A stretch of DNA of 15,270 bases from Desulfobacterales bacterium. GTDB taxonomy: Bacteria; Desulfobacterota; Desulfobacteria; Desulfobacterales; UBA5616. Positions within the stretch are counted from its first letter, which is position 1; the number at the start of each line of letters is the position of its first letter. This document shows, one piece after another, positions 15,131 to 15,270 of this stretch. The notes beneath the pieces are model-generated. The model searched no databases. It had not been told where the DNA came from and saw nothing but the letters and a program-made list of their open reading frames with translations. The position numbers were made by a program, and so were the translations under genes. The stretch covers positions 1-15,270 of the forward strand of contig JAWODC010000086.1 in the NCBI GenBank assembly GCA_046483495.1, given 5' to 3'.

Positions 15131-15268
15131 TTACCCAGCATATATTGCTCTTTGGGAGTTCATGTATACGAAGAAGTAAACGATGCCGACCAGTATCGCG
15201 GTCCTCTGCTCAACGCTGCCTATGAAGAGCAGTAATGGAAGTCCCACGGCGAAGGCTTTCACGATCGG
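15131..15268 (-). CDS. 3' end of a membrane protein gene running off the window (possibly a truncated MFS-type transporter)
   Basis: My translation of the minus strand gives PIVKAFAVGLPLLLFIGSVEQRTAILVGIVYFFVYMNSQRAIYAG*, with two hydrophobic segments. It is absent from the ORF track. The family call rests on recollection only. Confidence 0.5.
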   Translation of the reverse strand, partial: PIVKAFAVGLPLLLFIGSVEQRTAILVGIVYFFVYMNSQRAIYAG

Positions 15269-15270
15269 AG

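Noticed and set aside
15050..15235. 61-aa + strand ORF, and TATAAT at 15110-15115 as a promoter
   Set aside because: The ORF has no motif and the minus-strand frame looks more protein-like. TATAAT has no -35 or extended -10 partner.

Overview
Housekeeping region from a Gram-negative bacterium, probably Desulfobacterota/deltaproteobacterial (inferred from gene order and protein style). All complete genes are on the + strand: pilC, a pilS-like sensor kinase, lysS, lolC/E, lolD, bamA, skp/ompH, lpxD, scpA, scpB, ihfB and tRNA-Val(CAC) with a terminator. The 3' end of a minus-strand membrane-protein gene lies at the right edge. The unusual content is intergenic. Five copies (E1-E5) of a non-coding element with a ~180-320 bp core sit between the core genes, in both orientations. 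The core has imperfect terminal inverted repeats (GGATCGGTTCT...AGACCCGATCC) and is built from modules: a hexamer inverted array, a 64-bp cassette, GC-GNA-GC mini-hairpins and an invariant 44-nt BoxC-like segment. It is flanked by interchangeable 7- and 8-bp tandem-repeat arms. There is also an arms-only site without a core, a solo heptamer array and a degenerate remnant. No transposase, CRISPR array or reverse transcriptase is present, so the mechanism of spread cannot be determined from this window.
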